A stretch of 64,000 nt of DNA from contig CAWDOY010000005.1 of NCBI GenBank assembly GCA_963803975.1, forward strand, positions 11,143 to 75,142, given 5' to 3'. Source of the DNA: an uncultured delta proteobacterium. GTDB taxonomy: Bacteria > Desulfobacterota > WTBG01 > CAIYCZ01. Positions within the stretch are counted from its first letter, which is position 1. Every line of letters begins with the position of its first letter. The notes below the pieces were generated by a model. The model searched no databases. It worked only from the letters and a program-made list of their open reading frames with translations, and was not told where the DNA came from. Of the stretch, positions 30,663 through 42,434 are shown piece after piece. Position numbers and translations under genes: made by a program.

Positions 30663-31157
30663 TTATTTCCACTCTGACTGGGCCCACTGTTTTAAAACAA
30701 TCCTTCCTGAAGCCAGAGCGCCGATGGCAAATGTCTCGTTTTTACTGTTCTGAAGATACACGTAGCCCGGCGTGCTCAATCCCTGCGTGTTGATCGTCGC
30801 CCTGTCGTCGGCAAAGGAAATACCGTCCGATGGTATGGGGGCCCCTGTTTCTGCCGCAGTGACCGATGCCCTGCCGTGTCCAAAGGTAATGCCATCGGCC
30901 AGGGCTATGGGCTTGTCATTGCCTATGGTGTAGGTCCTGCCTGCGATGTTGAACTGTACCATGATGTCCCGGTTCTGTTTTACCGCAGTTGATCGTGCCC
31001 TGCGGATGTTTGAGCACAGGTCTGCTGCAGAGTTGCGTAAGCGGTAGCTGGGAAGTGCGGTTACGACATTGGGCACGGCAACTAACCCCAGTATTCCCAT
31101 GATGGTGACGACAACCATAAGTTCAGTCAAAGAAAAACCTTTTTGTTTTGTAATCAT
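30663..31157 (-). CDS. fimT: FimT/GspH-family minor pilin, module A
   Basis: 164-aa ORF with a prepilin N-terminus (KQKGFSLTELMVVVTIMGILGLVAVP) and a GspH-type motif (AADLCSNIRRARSTAV). Confidence 0.75.
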   Translation of the reverse strand: MITKQKGFSLTELMVVVTIMGILGLVAVPNVVTALPSYRLRNSAADLCSNIRRARSTAVKQNRDIMVQFNIAGRTYTIGNDKPIALADGITFGHGRASVTAAETGAPIPSDGISFADDRATINTQGLSTPGYVYLQNSKNETFAIGALASGRIVLKQWAQSEWK

Positions 31158-31516
31158 TGCTTATCACCTCATCCTGGTTTCATCCTGTACCTACCCTATC
31201 GCACAAACCATTCCATGCTACGACCATCACCCGGAAGAGCTGCTAAAATTAACGAAACTATTCGATTTTAGATGCATTTTTGTTTCGCCAGTATGATTTT
31301 TATTGTTAAACATCGGGCCCCCAATTAATTAACTTTATTAAATAATTTATTAATTATTGTCCTTATTCATACCCGGTTACTCTTCAGTGTAAATGCTGGT
31401 AGATGCTCTGTTGAAGAGTGCTATACGAGAAGGGAACTATAGTGCGGGCAACAAACGGAGAATACGTCCTTCTGCAAGTAAAAACAGCTATGGCAGCGCC
31501 ATGCAGAGATTGATCA

Positions 31517-31574
31517 GAAAAATAATAAAAAAGCCCTCTGCTGTGTTACCTGAAGCTATTACACAGCGGAGGGC
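31517..31574 (-). terminator. intrinsic terminator ending module B
   Basis: On the minus strand: GCCCTCCGCTGTGT-(14 nt)-ACACAGCAGAGGGC, a 14-bp stem with one G-U pair, followed by TTTTTTATTATTTTT. It lies about 55 nt downstream of the pilY1-B stop (31628). Confidence 0.75.
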
Positions 31575-31627
31575 TATAGAATAAAGACCTGATGATTGGT
31601 TGTCAGGTATGCGGGCACATCGATCCG

Positions 31628-34600
31628 TTACTTACGATCCCACCCCTCTCTCCAGTACACCGTACCGCTCTTTACATTGACTGCCGGGATAACCGGAACT
31701 TCAACAATCACTCCGGTGCTCTGCTGGCCGTACAGGGTTCCTCCCGGTTGCTTGCCGGTGAGGATTCCAAGGGAAGAAGAAACCCCTGCACCCAGTTCCA
31801 TTTTGTCAGCTATGTAGGTTTCCTGATTAAGCGCCGGGTTGACCAGTACGGATTTTTTATACGCAGTACCCGTTTCAAAATAGAGTGCATAGAGCGTACT
31901 GCTTCCGATCGAAACGCATACCTCAGTATCCGGGGTAAACGCAGGGAAAAGTGCTATACCGCCAAACACTGCGGGTTTATTGATCATGCGCTCTGACAGA
32001 GCACCTGGCGAAAGCAGTCTATACCAGCCGTCTTTTGCCTGTGCTTTTTCTATCAGCTCATCAAATGATATCTCTCCACCCCCTGGTAATTCAACCTTCC
32101 CATTTGCCTTGACTTTATAGTCGTCAGCAGGCAGGAGATTGTCCATGGTGAGCTTACACGGCGCATTGTCGCCGTATTTATGGTAGCATTTTTTAACTTC
32201 ACTTTTTTCATCATAGGTACTGTTGTAAAAGGGATCCTTAATGCCAAAAAGATAATTCTGCTGCTTGGCACTATCACTTTTAGGGTCCTTATCACCCGGA
32301 AATAAAAACTGACCGGTGCCTGCATAGACCCAGACATTATCCCTGGCATCAATGCTCAGCGCAAACGGCGCAGAGAACGGGGCCGGAGAATCAAACAGCG
32401 CTGTCCATGTCCAGGTGGCTGGATCAAGGCTATATGAGGCCTTGAGCCCTTCCGTATAGGTCGTGTTTTCTATTTTTACACCGATTTTATAAATTTTCCC
32501 CTTTCTGCTGCCGTCACTGTCAAGATACGATGCGCCCGACATACACAGCATCGACGCTATAGTTAAGGGATTTGTCCAGGGATACCGGTGAATTCATGAA
32601 GGCATTATTTTCAACGGTCTCAAACCATCCGGGAAACTTTGCCGGGGTATATAATTCGCCGGATAATAAATCGACAATATACACACGCCCCGGTTGAAAG
32701 CTTGCGCCGGCATAATCGGTTGGCCCGGAACCAATAACGCAAAGCCATTTTTCATCTGCTGTTTTTCCCTCCGCTGTTTTCTTTGCCACCTTTATCACAC
32801 CCGGGGTTGAGGTGGTAAACCCCAGCCCCGGAAAGCTCTTCTCCCACAACAATTTCGGACGTGTCGGGTCAGTTACATCAAGGGCAAAATAGCTTGAGCT
32901 GAAGGTCCTGGTCTCTGTAGCTGTGCCGTTAAAGGCATTGGTTACCGCTATAGGGTACCCTCCCATATTCATGCCGCCGATGATAATAGTGCCCCAGCCG
33001 TTGATATGCGTTGCATCAGGAGTAAAAATTTTCGCATCAGCTGCTTTCGGCTTTAAATCAACATAGCTCAGGTGACTATAGTTGGGTAACGCGAGCCACT
33101 TCAGATGCGGCAGCAGGTTCCTGGGAATATATGCCCAGAGCTCCTCACCAATTCCAGCCGTGGCTCCCGGTGTAAATTTTTTCTCAGCAGAGTTATACTT
33201 CCCTGCGGCAAACGCGTGGAGCATTCCGTCATTGGCCCCCACATACACCACGGTTTCTCGAGGATTCGTAACCGTATAAAAATTGTAAAACTCCCGGTAT
33301 GATTCATCATCATAGAGGAGGCCATACTGTTCCACTGGCTTGGATATGGTGACCGGCGTAGAGTACACGATATCACCCAGTTTCCACGGATGCGTCTCAG
33401 CACCGAGAGTAAAATCTTTTTTGCGCAGGGTCGGATTCCCGGTATAAGCGGGAGATTCATCATTCACCCCGCGAATAAAGTTTATGATATTAGACACACG
33501 GTCCGCCTGAGCAGCCCCGAGGCTTTTGTAGGCACTGTCATCTGTAACATCCAGATAGGGCCGTAACGTTTCTGCTTTGTCAGTGGTGAAGGGGGTGAAT
33601 TCCGTGCCGGTATCTGTATAGGTGAAAATCACCCGCTCCGAAGGGGAGCGTTTCCAGAGCTTGTTCCCGGCCTCCCAGATGGGCAGTATCTGTTCCAAGG
33701 GCAGGTACTCAGGGTCGCCCTTTTTCTGGTACGGGTTATTGTCGTCAATAGGGTAACGCTTTACTTTCGTATCCCCGGTTTTTGTATCATAAAAATATTC
33801 AATAATTCTATCCTCGGTAATACCCAGTGCCTTGTCCTGATTGGTATCCTCACGGATATTACCATAGGAGTCTACCCACAGACACTGCAGGTATCCGGCC
33901 CAGGTGATATCATGCTCACCCTTCTCGTCAGTGACCCGCGGTTTAAAATAGGCCTGCACCACGGTTCCCTCTCCTTCACCCTTGGCGGCAAACACCGACA
34001 CCGCAGAACCCGAGGCTGATTTTCCGATCATAGCAGCAAAAGACTTGTTAAGCTGCTCGTCGAGTTTAAGCGGGTTGACTACATAAAAGTAATTGTCAGG
34101 CACCCCGTCACTATCCGCGTCCCATTCACGGGGATCATCGGGGATGTTGTTGTTATTAATATCGTCAAATCCGCCCCACTTTGCTGCATACCAGAGCGGG
34201 GGCTGCAGGATGTTTGCCCCGGAATTTGTCCCCGGAGTAAAGGTCTTGGTGTAAATAAGCGGCAGCGCACTGTCCGGATGCTGCGGGGTATCAAGATAGT
34301 AATTCACATCCGATCCCGCATCAGTATCCACATCCCGCACTACCAGGTAGGTGCCGTCTTCAGTAGTACCTGATAGTATGAATCCCATGTGCTGGATGAT
34401 GCAGCTTGACGCAAATTCAGAGGAATCAACAGTAATGATTACGGTATTGCCGGTCACCTGGTACGTATAAGAGGCAATGGCATCCATGTCATAGTCTGCG
34501 CCCTGTTCCTGGTCTTCAAAATTAATGCGAAAACGGCCATAATCAGACGCAAGGGATTCAACATATAAATGTACGATCTGATTCGTGGGCTGAAAAGCTC

Positions 34601-36827
34601 CCGGTGCGCCATTAATTCCCCGACAGCCGCCAACTGACTTGGCAAATGGAACCAGGGTTATGGTTTTGCCGCCGACCGGGATTTCAATTCTCGGAAGAGG
34701 AGAAGACAGGCCAACTACATATGCTGTTACCTTCTGCTCTTTATCCGCCGGGTTCAGGTCAGTTGTGTGTCCGTAATATGCCGCAGCAGCAGAATAAAAC
34801 CCGCCCTGTTTGGTCGGCTCTTCAGGACAGAGCCCCCGGACATCTCCAAAGCTGCTTACATTTTTGGGGGTGCACGCCCCATTGTTGGATGAGCCTGCCT
34901 GCCCGATAAAATAAGAGCCGGCGATGCCTTCCGCGATGCTGATTTTGCTGGCAACTTCCTGCGCGCTGAAACCGCTTAAATCACCGGTAAAGGAATTGAA
35001 AGCACTTCCCGGTACCTGATCGGTATCGTAATTCGGCGCTATATCACTCAGGACCAGCATGAACGGCTTGGCGCAATAACCGAATCCATTCACCGTGTCA
35101 TACGGGTCATTCCATGCGGGCTGTGCAAGCCCCAGGGTGCTGTCATCAGTTGTCCCTGAATAATCAAAAGCAGGGGTAGGCGCTTTTTTGCCGGAAAAAT
35201 ACCGCAGCGCTTCATACATCATCTCACCGATGGGGTTTCCCCACATGCGGCACTCGCCTTCCTGCAAGGGTCGGCTGGATATCCATCCGCAGTTTTGATT
35301 ATAGGAGTTATCCGTGTAGCTATAACCAAAGATCCGCATTTTATTGATCGTCTGAATAATACCATTTACCGTTGTCAACTGGCCGGACCTGGGATCAATT
35401 TCATCTTTAATTGACCCTATGTTTTTTCGCAACACCCCTCCTGATAAATTTTTCGCATCGGTGCCGGTTGTGAGGCCGAAATACATCCGGTCAGACTCGC
35501 CGTACCGATGCAGAAGCCCGGTTGGTTTATATGCTCCGGAGGGGTATTTCTTACAGTTGGGCTCAGGCATCGAAGCTACACCCACCTGCACCCTTACTGC
35601 GTAATCTGTCATTGTCGAGGCGGGCACCGTTTTCTCCCAATAGAGAAAATAGCTGCTTGATCCGGTTTGCTGCTGCTGGCGAAAGATAATAGTGTGCGTG
35701 CCGGCGGTAAGAGCAATGCTGCCGATATGGGTCTTACACGAGCAGCTGGTGTGTGTTTCGTACCAGCCGGTGACCACTGTTCCGTCAATAATAAGTTCAA
35801 CCGCGTCGTCCCCATCCACCGCAAAAGTCCAGGTGCCGTTTGAGGGGATTACAATCTGCCCCTCAAAAACAGTCAAATAATAATTCTGCTGGGCACTGAA
35901 CGGATTGCCGTTGCCGTTTATGTCTGCAGCAGGGGCAGAACCGATCCGTTGCGCCGCTGTTGCATAGGTGGCGGCCAGTGTCTCATAAGCCCCATGATTT
36001 GCCGGGGAGGTGGTATAGCCGGCAGTATCATAAATAGTTTGCGTCAAATTTTGAAAAGCGCTTTGCGGAACAATCTCCCATAGGGGGCCCGCAGCATGAG
36101 CGCAGTTCGGGCCGCTTACCCCATTACGGCATTTCGTCCCCCCGTTTATCTTCTCAATGGAAACCCATTCCCATATCCGGTAGCTGCTGTTATCAAGCAC
36201 GCGCAAAAGCGGGGTCCCGTTATCGCTCAGGGTGGTGTTTGCAAAAAGGTGCCGGGTGCCCTGCACCGGGAGGTCGAGCGGCGTATACTGCCGGATGTCG
36301 TAGCCATCATGTTCTATGCTTGCATATTCTTTTCCCCAGGTATGCGCATCTTGGGGAATATAGGCCCGCTGTAATACTGTTGCAGAAGTTGTATCAGTAG
36401 CCCGATACCCGCCATATAAAACTTTTCGCAGGCAATCCATGCGCGACATGGTCAGGTAATTGAGAAAATCGCCGCTCCAGTGTCCTGAGCATTTTTTATT
36501 GCTGGTCGCGGCTATTGGCTCGAAACGGCTGTTAGCGCTGCTGTAGTCATAGCACTTATAACTATCAAAATAGCCGTAGTAGTCAATGGCGGGGTTATAC
36601 CCGACATCCAGAACGCCGTCGCCGTTAAGATCAGAGGCATCATTGTATGCTTCATAATAGAGCTTGTGATCCCGCTCCATGACCAGCATCACCAGCGGCG
36701 GCACATCCCCGCTTAAGAAAATCGGGGATGGTTGACTGGGAGGAGTAGTAGCACCAATACCCTCCGAGCATACACAGACGATAGTGAAGCCAACCCACAG
36801 TAGATACGCCAACAGGTGTTTTGTCAT
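31628..36827 (-). pseudogene. pilY1: PilY1-like type IV pilus tip adhesin with PA14 insertion, module B (~1,733 codons, one frame break near its C-terminal quarter)
   Basis: Track ORF 32520..36950, with a likely start at ATG 36827 (MTKHLLAYLLWVGF...), plus ORF 31628..32551 continue each other (..NYSVDAVYVG / ASYLDSDGSRKGKIYKI..), exactly as in module A. The break is at about 32531-32540 (GGG run). Confidence 0.85.
36429..36704. repeat. 276-bp near-identical tract shared with 28224..28499
   Basis: See the partner feature. The tract encodes PLVMLVMERDHKLYYEAYNDASDLNGDGVLDVGYNPAIDYYGYFDSYKCYDYSSANSRFEP...SGHWSGDFLNYLTMSRMDCL. Confidence 0.8.
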
Positions 36828-36879
36828 GGTAGCCCGTGCTCCTTGGTGCAGGTATTTACCGTCATGCAGGTATGGTGCA

Positions 36880-37581
36880 TCAGCGCGGTATAAACCCGTA
36901 GCCGACAATAACTTCTGAAAATGGGGTCGCGGGGTCTGTTCCCCCTCCATCCAGGCGAAGCTTTCTCGAAAATGTATTTTGTTTAGCGTCCCATGCTGGC
37001 AGGGTTCCGAGGCAATCCATATTATAAATAATTTTATGCATGCTCACTCCCATGCCCTCACTTCCCGAGGCAAACTCCACGCCGCCTCCGGCAATATATT
37101 TTACATCTATTTTATCCACATCCACATCAATGTTGAACCGGTCTTTGACTCGAATTTCTATGTCAGCTGCCTTCTCAACGCTGTCACGCTGTTTATTCTT
37201 ATTCCAGACGCCGGACCCGGCAGGATAATCCTCTCTTCCTTCTAACAGCACGTTACCATCTTTAATAGTTATGGTTTCGTTTTCGCCCAGGCTTGCCATA
37301 ATCTCATTGTCTTCCCAAATGCCATATCCCTCTTTATTCCGTATAGCCTCGGCACCAAACACATAGCCCGCCTCTGCCTGGTAAACGGTCTGCTTGTGGG
37401 CCCGTTCGTTGCCTGCAATATCAACCTCCGTGGTACTGGTCAGCATCGCGGCAACACCGATTATGCTGCATATGGACAGCATAAACATGGTAAGCACCAG
37501 TATAAAGCCTTGTTCACCGTACAGCAGAGCATGGTTATGCTTCATGGATGCGGTCCTCTTACTACATTGTTTTTTATTCAT
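36880..37581 (-). CDS. pilX: PilX-like minor pilin/tip-complex protein, module B
   Basis: 233-aa ORF, paralogue of 28656..29312 (EQGFILVLTMFMLSICSIIGVAAMLTSTTEVDIAGNERAHKQTVYQAEAG). Confidence 0.75.
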   Translation of the reverse strand: MNKKQCSKRTASMKHNHALLYGEQGFILVLTMFMLSICSIIGVAAMLTSTTEVDIAGNERAHKQTVYQAEAGYVFGAEAIRNKEGYGIWEDNEIMASLGENETITIKDGNVLLEGREDYPAGSGVWNKNKQRDSVEKAADIEIRVKDRFNIDVDVDKIDVKYIAGGGVEFASGSEGMGVSMHKIIYNMDCLGTLPAWDAKQNTFSRKLRLDGGGTDPATPFSEVIVGYGFIPR

Positions 37582-37583
37582 AG

Positions 37584-38132
37584 TTACATGGCGGGGGAAA
37601 CCAGAAAAATTAACGAAACCGCGCGTCCGCCTTCCATGGTCTCTACTCTGATGGTGGTTGTATTCTCCAGTGGGGAATTTGCGTCTATGTACCAGGTCAC
37701 GCTGTAGCTTTTTCCCGGCAGTTTCGGCAGCTGGGAATCATCAAAACGCTCAGCGTTAGGCGGCCTAAGTCCCCATGCCTGCAAATCATTCTTTAGTGCT
37801 TCCCTATCATTACACACCAGTGTCTTGCGGGTTAAACTTCCAACTGCGGGATTTTTATCAAGGGCTGCAAGCCGCTCGTATCCGTTATAGTTATCACCGC
37901 CGATTTTATAGTTCTGCCTGCTGAAATTAATAAGCCATTCCATCCACTCTTCTGCCACCGAGGTTTTCTCTGTCAACACACCGGCAAAATAATTGCTGTG
38001 AATCGCCTTGGTCTGCATTGCCGCAACGCCCAAAAGCCCGATTGCCAGAACTGCAATGGAAACGATCACCTCCAGAATGGTAAAGCCTGATTCATTGAAC
38101 TGTTTCATGGCAGTACTCCTGCATGTAACCAT
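37584..38132 (-). CDS. pilV: PilV-like minor pilin, module B
   Basis: 182-aa ORF (ESGFTILEVIVSIAVLAIGLLGVAAMQTKAI). Confidence 0.75.
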   Translation of the reverse strand: MVTCRSTAMKQFNESGFTILEVIVSIAVLAIGLLGVAAMQTKAIHSNYFAGVLTEKTSVAEEWMEWLINFSRQNYKIGGDNYNGYERLAALDKNPAVGSLTRKTLVCNDREALKNDLQAWGLRPPNAERFDDSQLPKLPGKSYSVTWYIDANSPLENTTTIRVETMEGGRAVSLIFLVSPAM

Positions 38133-38157
38133 GGGTTTTCCGCATATGGCGCTGTCA

Positions 38158-38874
38158 TCATTTCAAGCCCAGATTTCTGCATCGAATGTTAGTGATCAGC
38201 AGCTTGCGCCGGAATCCGTCATTAAACGGGCCCCACACCGTATTTTCTTTACCGGTTTCATCTTTCGAGTATGAGGCAGGGAGATACCGGATCGTATCAG
38301 TATGCCCTTTTATCGGGTATTGCGTGCGCACCAGCAGCGATACATCAACTGATCGAACATCTGCGGGATTTGCAGGGTCCGTTGCAGTGGTACCATCCGC
38401 AAGATGGTAAAAAAACTCCAGCGCTTCAACATTTTCAGCTAACGGTTGTAAGCCGCCGGAACCGTCTTCCCGTCCTACATTGCAGGGGAACGTGTCTGCA
38501 CGGCCATCCTTATTTGCATCCTTTGATAAAGCATAGCGGATTATTTCTTTACTGATAATCTTGCCATCTCTATCCTCATCAACTGCAAATTTAAACTCGG
38601 CTTTTTTTACTGAGTTTGCTTTATGCGCGGCAGCCCCGGCCTTTTCCGTTGGATCATATCCCGCCATTTTGATGCCGCGGGTTAAAAAATAGATACCTGC
38701 CCGCAGGTTCTGCTGCATATCAGCAACCTGTTCCTGAATAAGGTATGAGTCCTGCTGGTGCTGATACGTTGCGTAGATGGCTGCAGAGGCAATCCCAAAA
38801 ATAGCTATTGCTATCATTAACTCGAGAAGGGTAAAACCCCTGCTGCATGAATGTGAGGGAAGCAGCTTGCTCAT
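38158..38874 (-). CDS. pilW: PilW-like minor pilin, module B
   Basis: 238-aa ORF (SRGFTLLELMIAIAIFGIASAAIYATYQHQQDSYLIQEQVADMQQNLRAG), paralogue of 29859..30608. Confidence 0.75.
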   Translation of the reverse strand: MSKLLPSHSCSRGFTLLELMIAIAIFGIASAAIYATYQHQQDSYLIQEQVADMQQNLRAGIYFLTRGIKMAGYDPTEKAGAAAHKANSVKKAEFKFAVDEDRDGKIISKEIIRYALSKDANKDGRADTFPCNVGREDGSGGLQPLAENVEALEFFYHLADGTTATDPANPADVRSVDVSLLVRTQYPIKGHTDTIRYLPASYSKDETGKENTVWGPFNDGFRRKLLITNIRCRNLGLK

Positions 38875-38944
38875 GTTGCTTTAGTCTGTCTTTTTAATAT
38901 AAAATAGTCGGGTGCTGACACATGCTACTGTGTATGGGCCTATT

Positions 38945-39439
38945 TCATTTCCAGTCATTGCCTGCCCATTGACTCATCATTATACTGCCGGAAGTTGTTG
39001 CCCTAATAGCATATGCCTGCCCTTTTGCATTCTGCAGGTAAACATAGCCACTACCACCGCTAAAACCCTGGGTAGTAAAAGTCACTTTATCATCAACAAA
39101 TGATATACCGTCAGATGGTAAAGATGCTGCACTTCCCGCCGGCTTCGTTGCATTTCCATGTCCAAAAGAGATACCGTCAGGCAACTCCGCAGGGGTGCCG
39201 CCATCTATAGAGTAGGTTTTAGTAGCAGCATTGAATTCTATACTCACGCTGCGGTTCTGTTTGACGGCAAGGGAGCGGGCTTTGCGCATATTGGAGCATA
39301 AATCTTTGGCACTACTCTTAAGCCGGTAACCGGGGAGCGCGGTTACAAGGGTTGGCACTGCAATCATTCCCATGATACCTATAACAGCAACCACCACCAT
39401 CAATTCTGTGAGACTAAAACCACGTTGATTTTTAATCAT
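38945..39439 (-). CDS. fimT: FimT/GspH-family minor pilin, module B
   Basis: 164-aa ORF (NQRGFSLTELMVVVAVIGIMGMIAVP...AKDLCSNMRKARSLAV), the same length as its module-A paralogue. Confidence 0.75.
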   Translation of the reverse strand: MIKNQRGFSLTELMVVVAVIGIMGMIAVPTLVTALPGYRLKSSAKDLCSNMRKARSLAVKQNRSVSIEFNAATKTYSIDGGTPAELPDGISFGHGNATKPAGSAASLPSDGISFVDDKVTFTTQGFSGGSGYVYLQNAKGQAYAIRATTSGSIMMSQWAGNDWK

Positions 39440-39935
39440 TTATTATAATCCCTTCTATGTTAATTATAGGTAATATTTAAAGGCACAAAACATTCCTTTA
39501 GTTAAAAAACTATTACTAAATAATTTTATTATTTCAATGTCTCGATTTAACTTTTATTATTATATTCAGGAGAAATAATTATAAACACTGTCTGTTATAA
39601 GGTTAACCAGGATTATATAAAAACAATTAATAAAATTCTATAGTTATTTTAGGATTTTGCTTGGCATCGTCTCAATACCCATTAATAAAGCAATGAGCAC
39701 TACGTAATTTATTATAATTTCTTGACACTGGAAATGAGCTATGTTAATTTTTTTTCACGACCTTGGTCATATAAAAATATCTTCATCCTGCCCCCCTAAA
39801 CAGTAACCACAAAATCATTTTGGTACCTTAGTGCCCATACTATATCCTGTCAGGTGTCAGGAAATAAATCTAAACATATTTCCCTGGACAGGATTTAGAG
39901 TCACAGAAATTGATTGATTTGCTAATGAGGCTGCC

Positions 39936-41111
39936 ATGAGAGATATTGTTATTGTTAGTGCTGTACGAACACCGATTGGGAATTTTGACGGTGCCTTAAA
40001 AGAACTTTCTGCGTTAGACCTGGGAAGTATTGCAATAAAAGAAGCGGTAAAGCGGGCCGGTATTGATCCTGCAGACGTTGATGAGGTTATCATGGGCAAC
40101 GTGCTGCCTTCCGGCTTGGGCCAGAATCCTGCCCGCCAGGCAATGATTCGCGCTTGCCTGCCCATGACAGCAGGAGCCCTCACGGTCAATAAAGTCTGCG
40201 GCTCAGGGCTCAAAGCCGTAATGCTTGCAGCACAGGCTATTGCCTGCGGCGATGCTGAAGTGGTTGTGGCCGGCGGCATGGAGAGCATGAACAATGCCCC
40301 CTATTATCTGGAAAAAGCCCGCTTCGGTTACCGGATGGGAAACAGCCCCCTGATTGACGGGATGGTACACGACGGGCTGCTTGATATAGTTAATAATTAT
40401 CACATGGGTTATACCGCTGAACTGGTGGCCAAAAAATTTGCTGTCAGCCGGGACGATATGGACCGGTTCGCCTTCCTCTCCAACAAGAGAGCCATGGAAA
40501 GCATTAATACCGGACTGTTTCAGGAAGAGATTATTCCGCTGACGGTCAAAAAAAAGGGTGGTGAATCTGTCGTGGATACCGACGAAGGCCCCCGGGCAAC
40601 AACCATGGAAATTCTGGCAGCCTTAAAACCGGCTTTTAATAAAGACGGTGTAGTGACCGCCGGAAATGCTTCTAAGATAAGCGATGGCGCTGCCGCCATG
40701 GTGCTCATGGAGCGGGAAAAAGCCCGGTCACTCGGCATCCAGCCCATGGCACGGGTTGGGGCTCAGGGAGCAGCGGGCGTACCATTGGAAGACGTGCTGG
40801 TCGCGCCGATAGCATCAATCCCCAAGGTCTTGAAAAAAGCGCGGCTGACAATCGGCGATATTGATCTCCATGAAGTTAATGAGGCCTTTGCTGCCTCAAC
40901 CATTGCCGTTATGAGGGAACTGGGCATCCCCGAAGAAAAACTGAATGTGCACGGCGGGGCCATTGCCCTCGGCCATCCCATCGGAGCAAGCGGCGCCCGG
41001 GTGCTGGTGACGCTGCTCTACGCCATGAAAAAACGCAATGCCCGGCGCGCAATGGCATCGCTCTGCCTGGGTGGCGCCGAAGCAGTGAGCCTTATCGTGG
41101 AACAGGAGTAA
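39936..41111 (+). CDS. acetyl-CoA C-acetyltransferase (thiolase II)
   Basis: 391-aa ORF with the active-site Cys region ([12 protein letters not shown]) and the C-terminal motifs [19 protein letters not shown] and CLGGAEAV. Confidence 0.92.
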   Translation: MRDIVIVSAVRTPIGNFDGALKELSALDLGSIAIKEAVKRAGIDPADVDEVIMGNVLPSGLGQNPARQAMIRACLPMTAGALTVNKVCGSGLKAVMLAAQAIACGDAEVVVAGGMESMNNAPYYLEKARFGYRMGNSPLIDGMVHDGLLDIVNNYHMGYTAELVAKKFAVSRDDMDRFAFLSNKRAMESINTGLFQEEIIPLTVKKKGGESVVDTDEGPRATTMEILAALKPAFNKDGVVTAGNASKISDGAAAMVLMEREKARSLGIQPMARVGAQGAAGVPLEDVLVAPIASIPKVLKKARLTIGDIDLHEVNEAFAASTIAVMRELGIPEEKLNVHGGAIALGHPIGASGARVLVTLLYAMKKRNARRAMASLCLGGAEAVSLIVEQE

Positions 41112-41117
41112 CCGGTA

Positions 41118-41897
41118 ATGCAGTACCATAACTTATTAGTTGAGATTAAAGACACCATCGCTATTGTCACCTTTAATCGCCCTGCAGTGCTCAATGCCAT
41201 GAATACTGAAACGGTCACTGAGCTCGGAGATGCGGTAACGGCATTAGAGGGAAATGCACAGGTGCGCGTTATTATCCTTACCGGTACCGGGAAGGCTTTT
41301 GTAGCAGGTGCTGACATTGCGGAAATGAGCACCAAGACACCGGCGCAGGCGCGCGCCTATTCTGAACTCGGACACCGGGTCATGAATACCATCCAGACCC
41401 TGAAAAAACCGGTTATTGCCGCGGTCAACGGCTACGCCCTGGGCGGCGGTACTGAAGTGGTGCTGAGCTGTGATATCTGCATAGCTTCGGAACTGGCTAA
41501 ATTCGGGCTGCCGGAGACAATCCTTGGGATCATCCCCGGCTGGGGAGCAACACAACGGGCCGCCCGCCTCATAGGAGCTGCTCATACAAAAGAGCTGATT
41601 TTCACCGGTGAGCTTATCGACGCGCGCAAAGCCTGTGAGATCGGTCTCATCAACCGGGTAGTCCCCCATGAGCAGCTCATGGACGCTGTCATGCTGTTAG
41701 CACAAAAACTAGGCGAACAAAGTCCACTGGCATTGTCCATGGCAAAAAAAATCATCCATGAAGGCCTGGATCAAAGCCTGTCCGGGGGATGCAGGCTGGA
41801 GACAGAAGTTTTCTGCAGCTTGTTTGGCACTGATGATCAGAAGGAAGGGATGAAGGCGTTTCTGGAAAAACGAAAACCGCAGTTTTCGGGAAGATGA
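41118..41897 (+). CDS. enoyl-CoA hydratase (crotonase family)
   Basis: 259-aa ORF (...VIILTGTGKAFVAGADIAEM...AAVNGYALGGGTEVVLSCDI...GLPETILGIIPGWGATQR). Confidence 0.9.
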   Translation: MQYHNLLVEIKDTIAIVTFNRPAVLNAMNTETVTELGDAVTALEGNAQVRVIILTGTGKAFVAGADIAEMSTKTPAQARAYSELGHRVMNTIQTLKKPVIAAVNGYALGGGTEVVLSCDICIASELAKFGLPETILGIIPGWGATQRAARLIGAAHTKELIFTGELIDARKACEIGLINRVVPHEQLMDAVMLLAQKLGEQSPLALSMAKKIIHEGLDQSLSGGCRLETEVFCSLFGTDDQKEGMKAFLEKRKPQFSGR

Positions 41898-41918
41898 AAA
41901 TCATATAAGGAGTACGCT

Positions 41919-42404
41919 ATGCATGCAGATGATGACGAGAGGGAGCGACCGAGCTGGCGGGACCGTGACCGGAAAAAAGACCGCAGCAGGCATCTGTCCC
42001 AGGACCAGCCGGCATACCGGCCAAAGTCAGCAAAAGCAGTGTGGGCGCAGAAACAGTATCTCAAGGAAGTAGAAAACCTTTTCAAGGGGAAAAAGGCTTC
42101 CAAGGAGCATGCTGTCGCCCATGAAGAAATACACAAGTGTGCGGGAACAAAAAAATTCAATACTGCGGTTAAAAAATACCTTGCCGAGTATGATCTGCCG
42201 GATGACTGGAGCACGCTGTTCATCCTGCTGGACTATAAAGACCTTACGGTTGTCACGCGGGCTATTGCCGTTCTGAAGGATATGGCTCATGATGAGCCGC
42301 TCAATATACAGGAGGGCCTTAAAAGCAAACTGCGGATCATTGCTATGACCACTGCAGACAGTGACCTGAGGGAATCTGCCGAAGAGGCGTTACAGGCTTT
42401 ATGA
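41919..42404 (+). CDS. hypothetical protein (Arg/Asp/Lys-rich N-terminus, helical C-terminal half)
   Basis: 161-aa ORF directly after the crotonase gene. I recognise no family. Called coding from its length, position and lack of a competing ORF. Confidence 0.5.
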   Translation: MHADDDERERPSWRDRDRKKDRSRHLSQDQPAYRPKSAKAVWAQKQYLKEVENLFKGKKASKEHAVAHEEIHKCAGTKKFNTAVKKYLAEYDLPDDWSTLFILLDYKDLTVVTRAIAVLKDMAHDEPLNIQEGLKSKLRIIAMTTADSDLRESAEEALQAL

Positions 42405-42434
42405 ACGGCCGGGCAGGACCGCAGTATGCGTGCA

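Noticed and set aside
31592-31996. 134-aa plus-strand ORF (and 31596-31817) at the 3' end of pilY1-B. Likewise the 91-aa plus-strand ORF at 51861-52136, opposite the HTH gene.
   Set aside because: They are antisense to sequences with clear homology: the PilY1 C-terminal propeller, conserved with module A, and an HTH_17-type protein. They have no motifs or RBS of their own.
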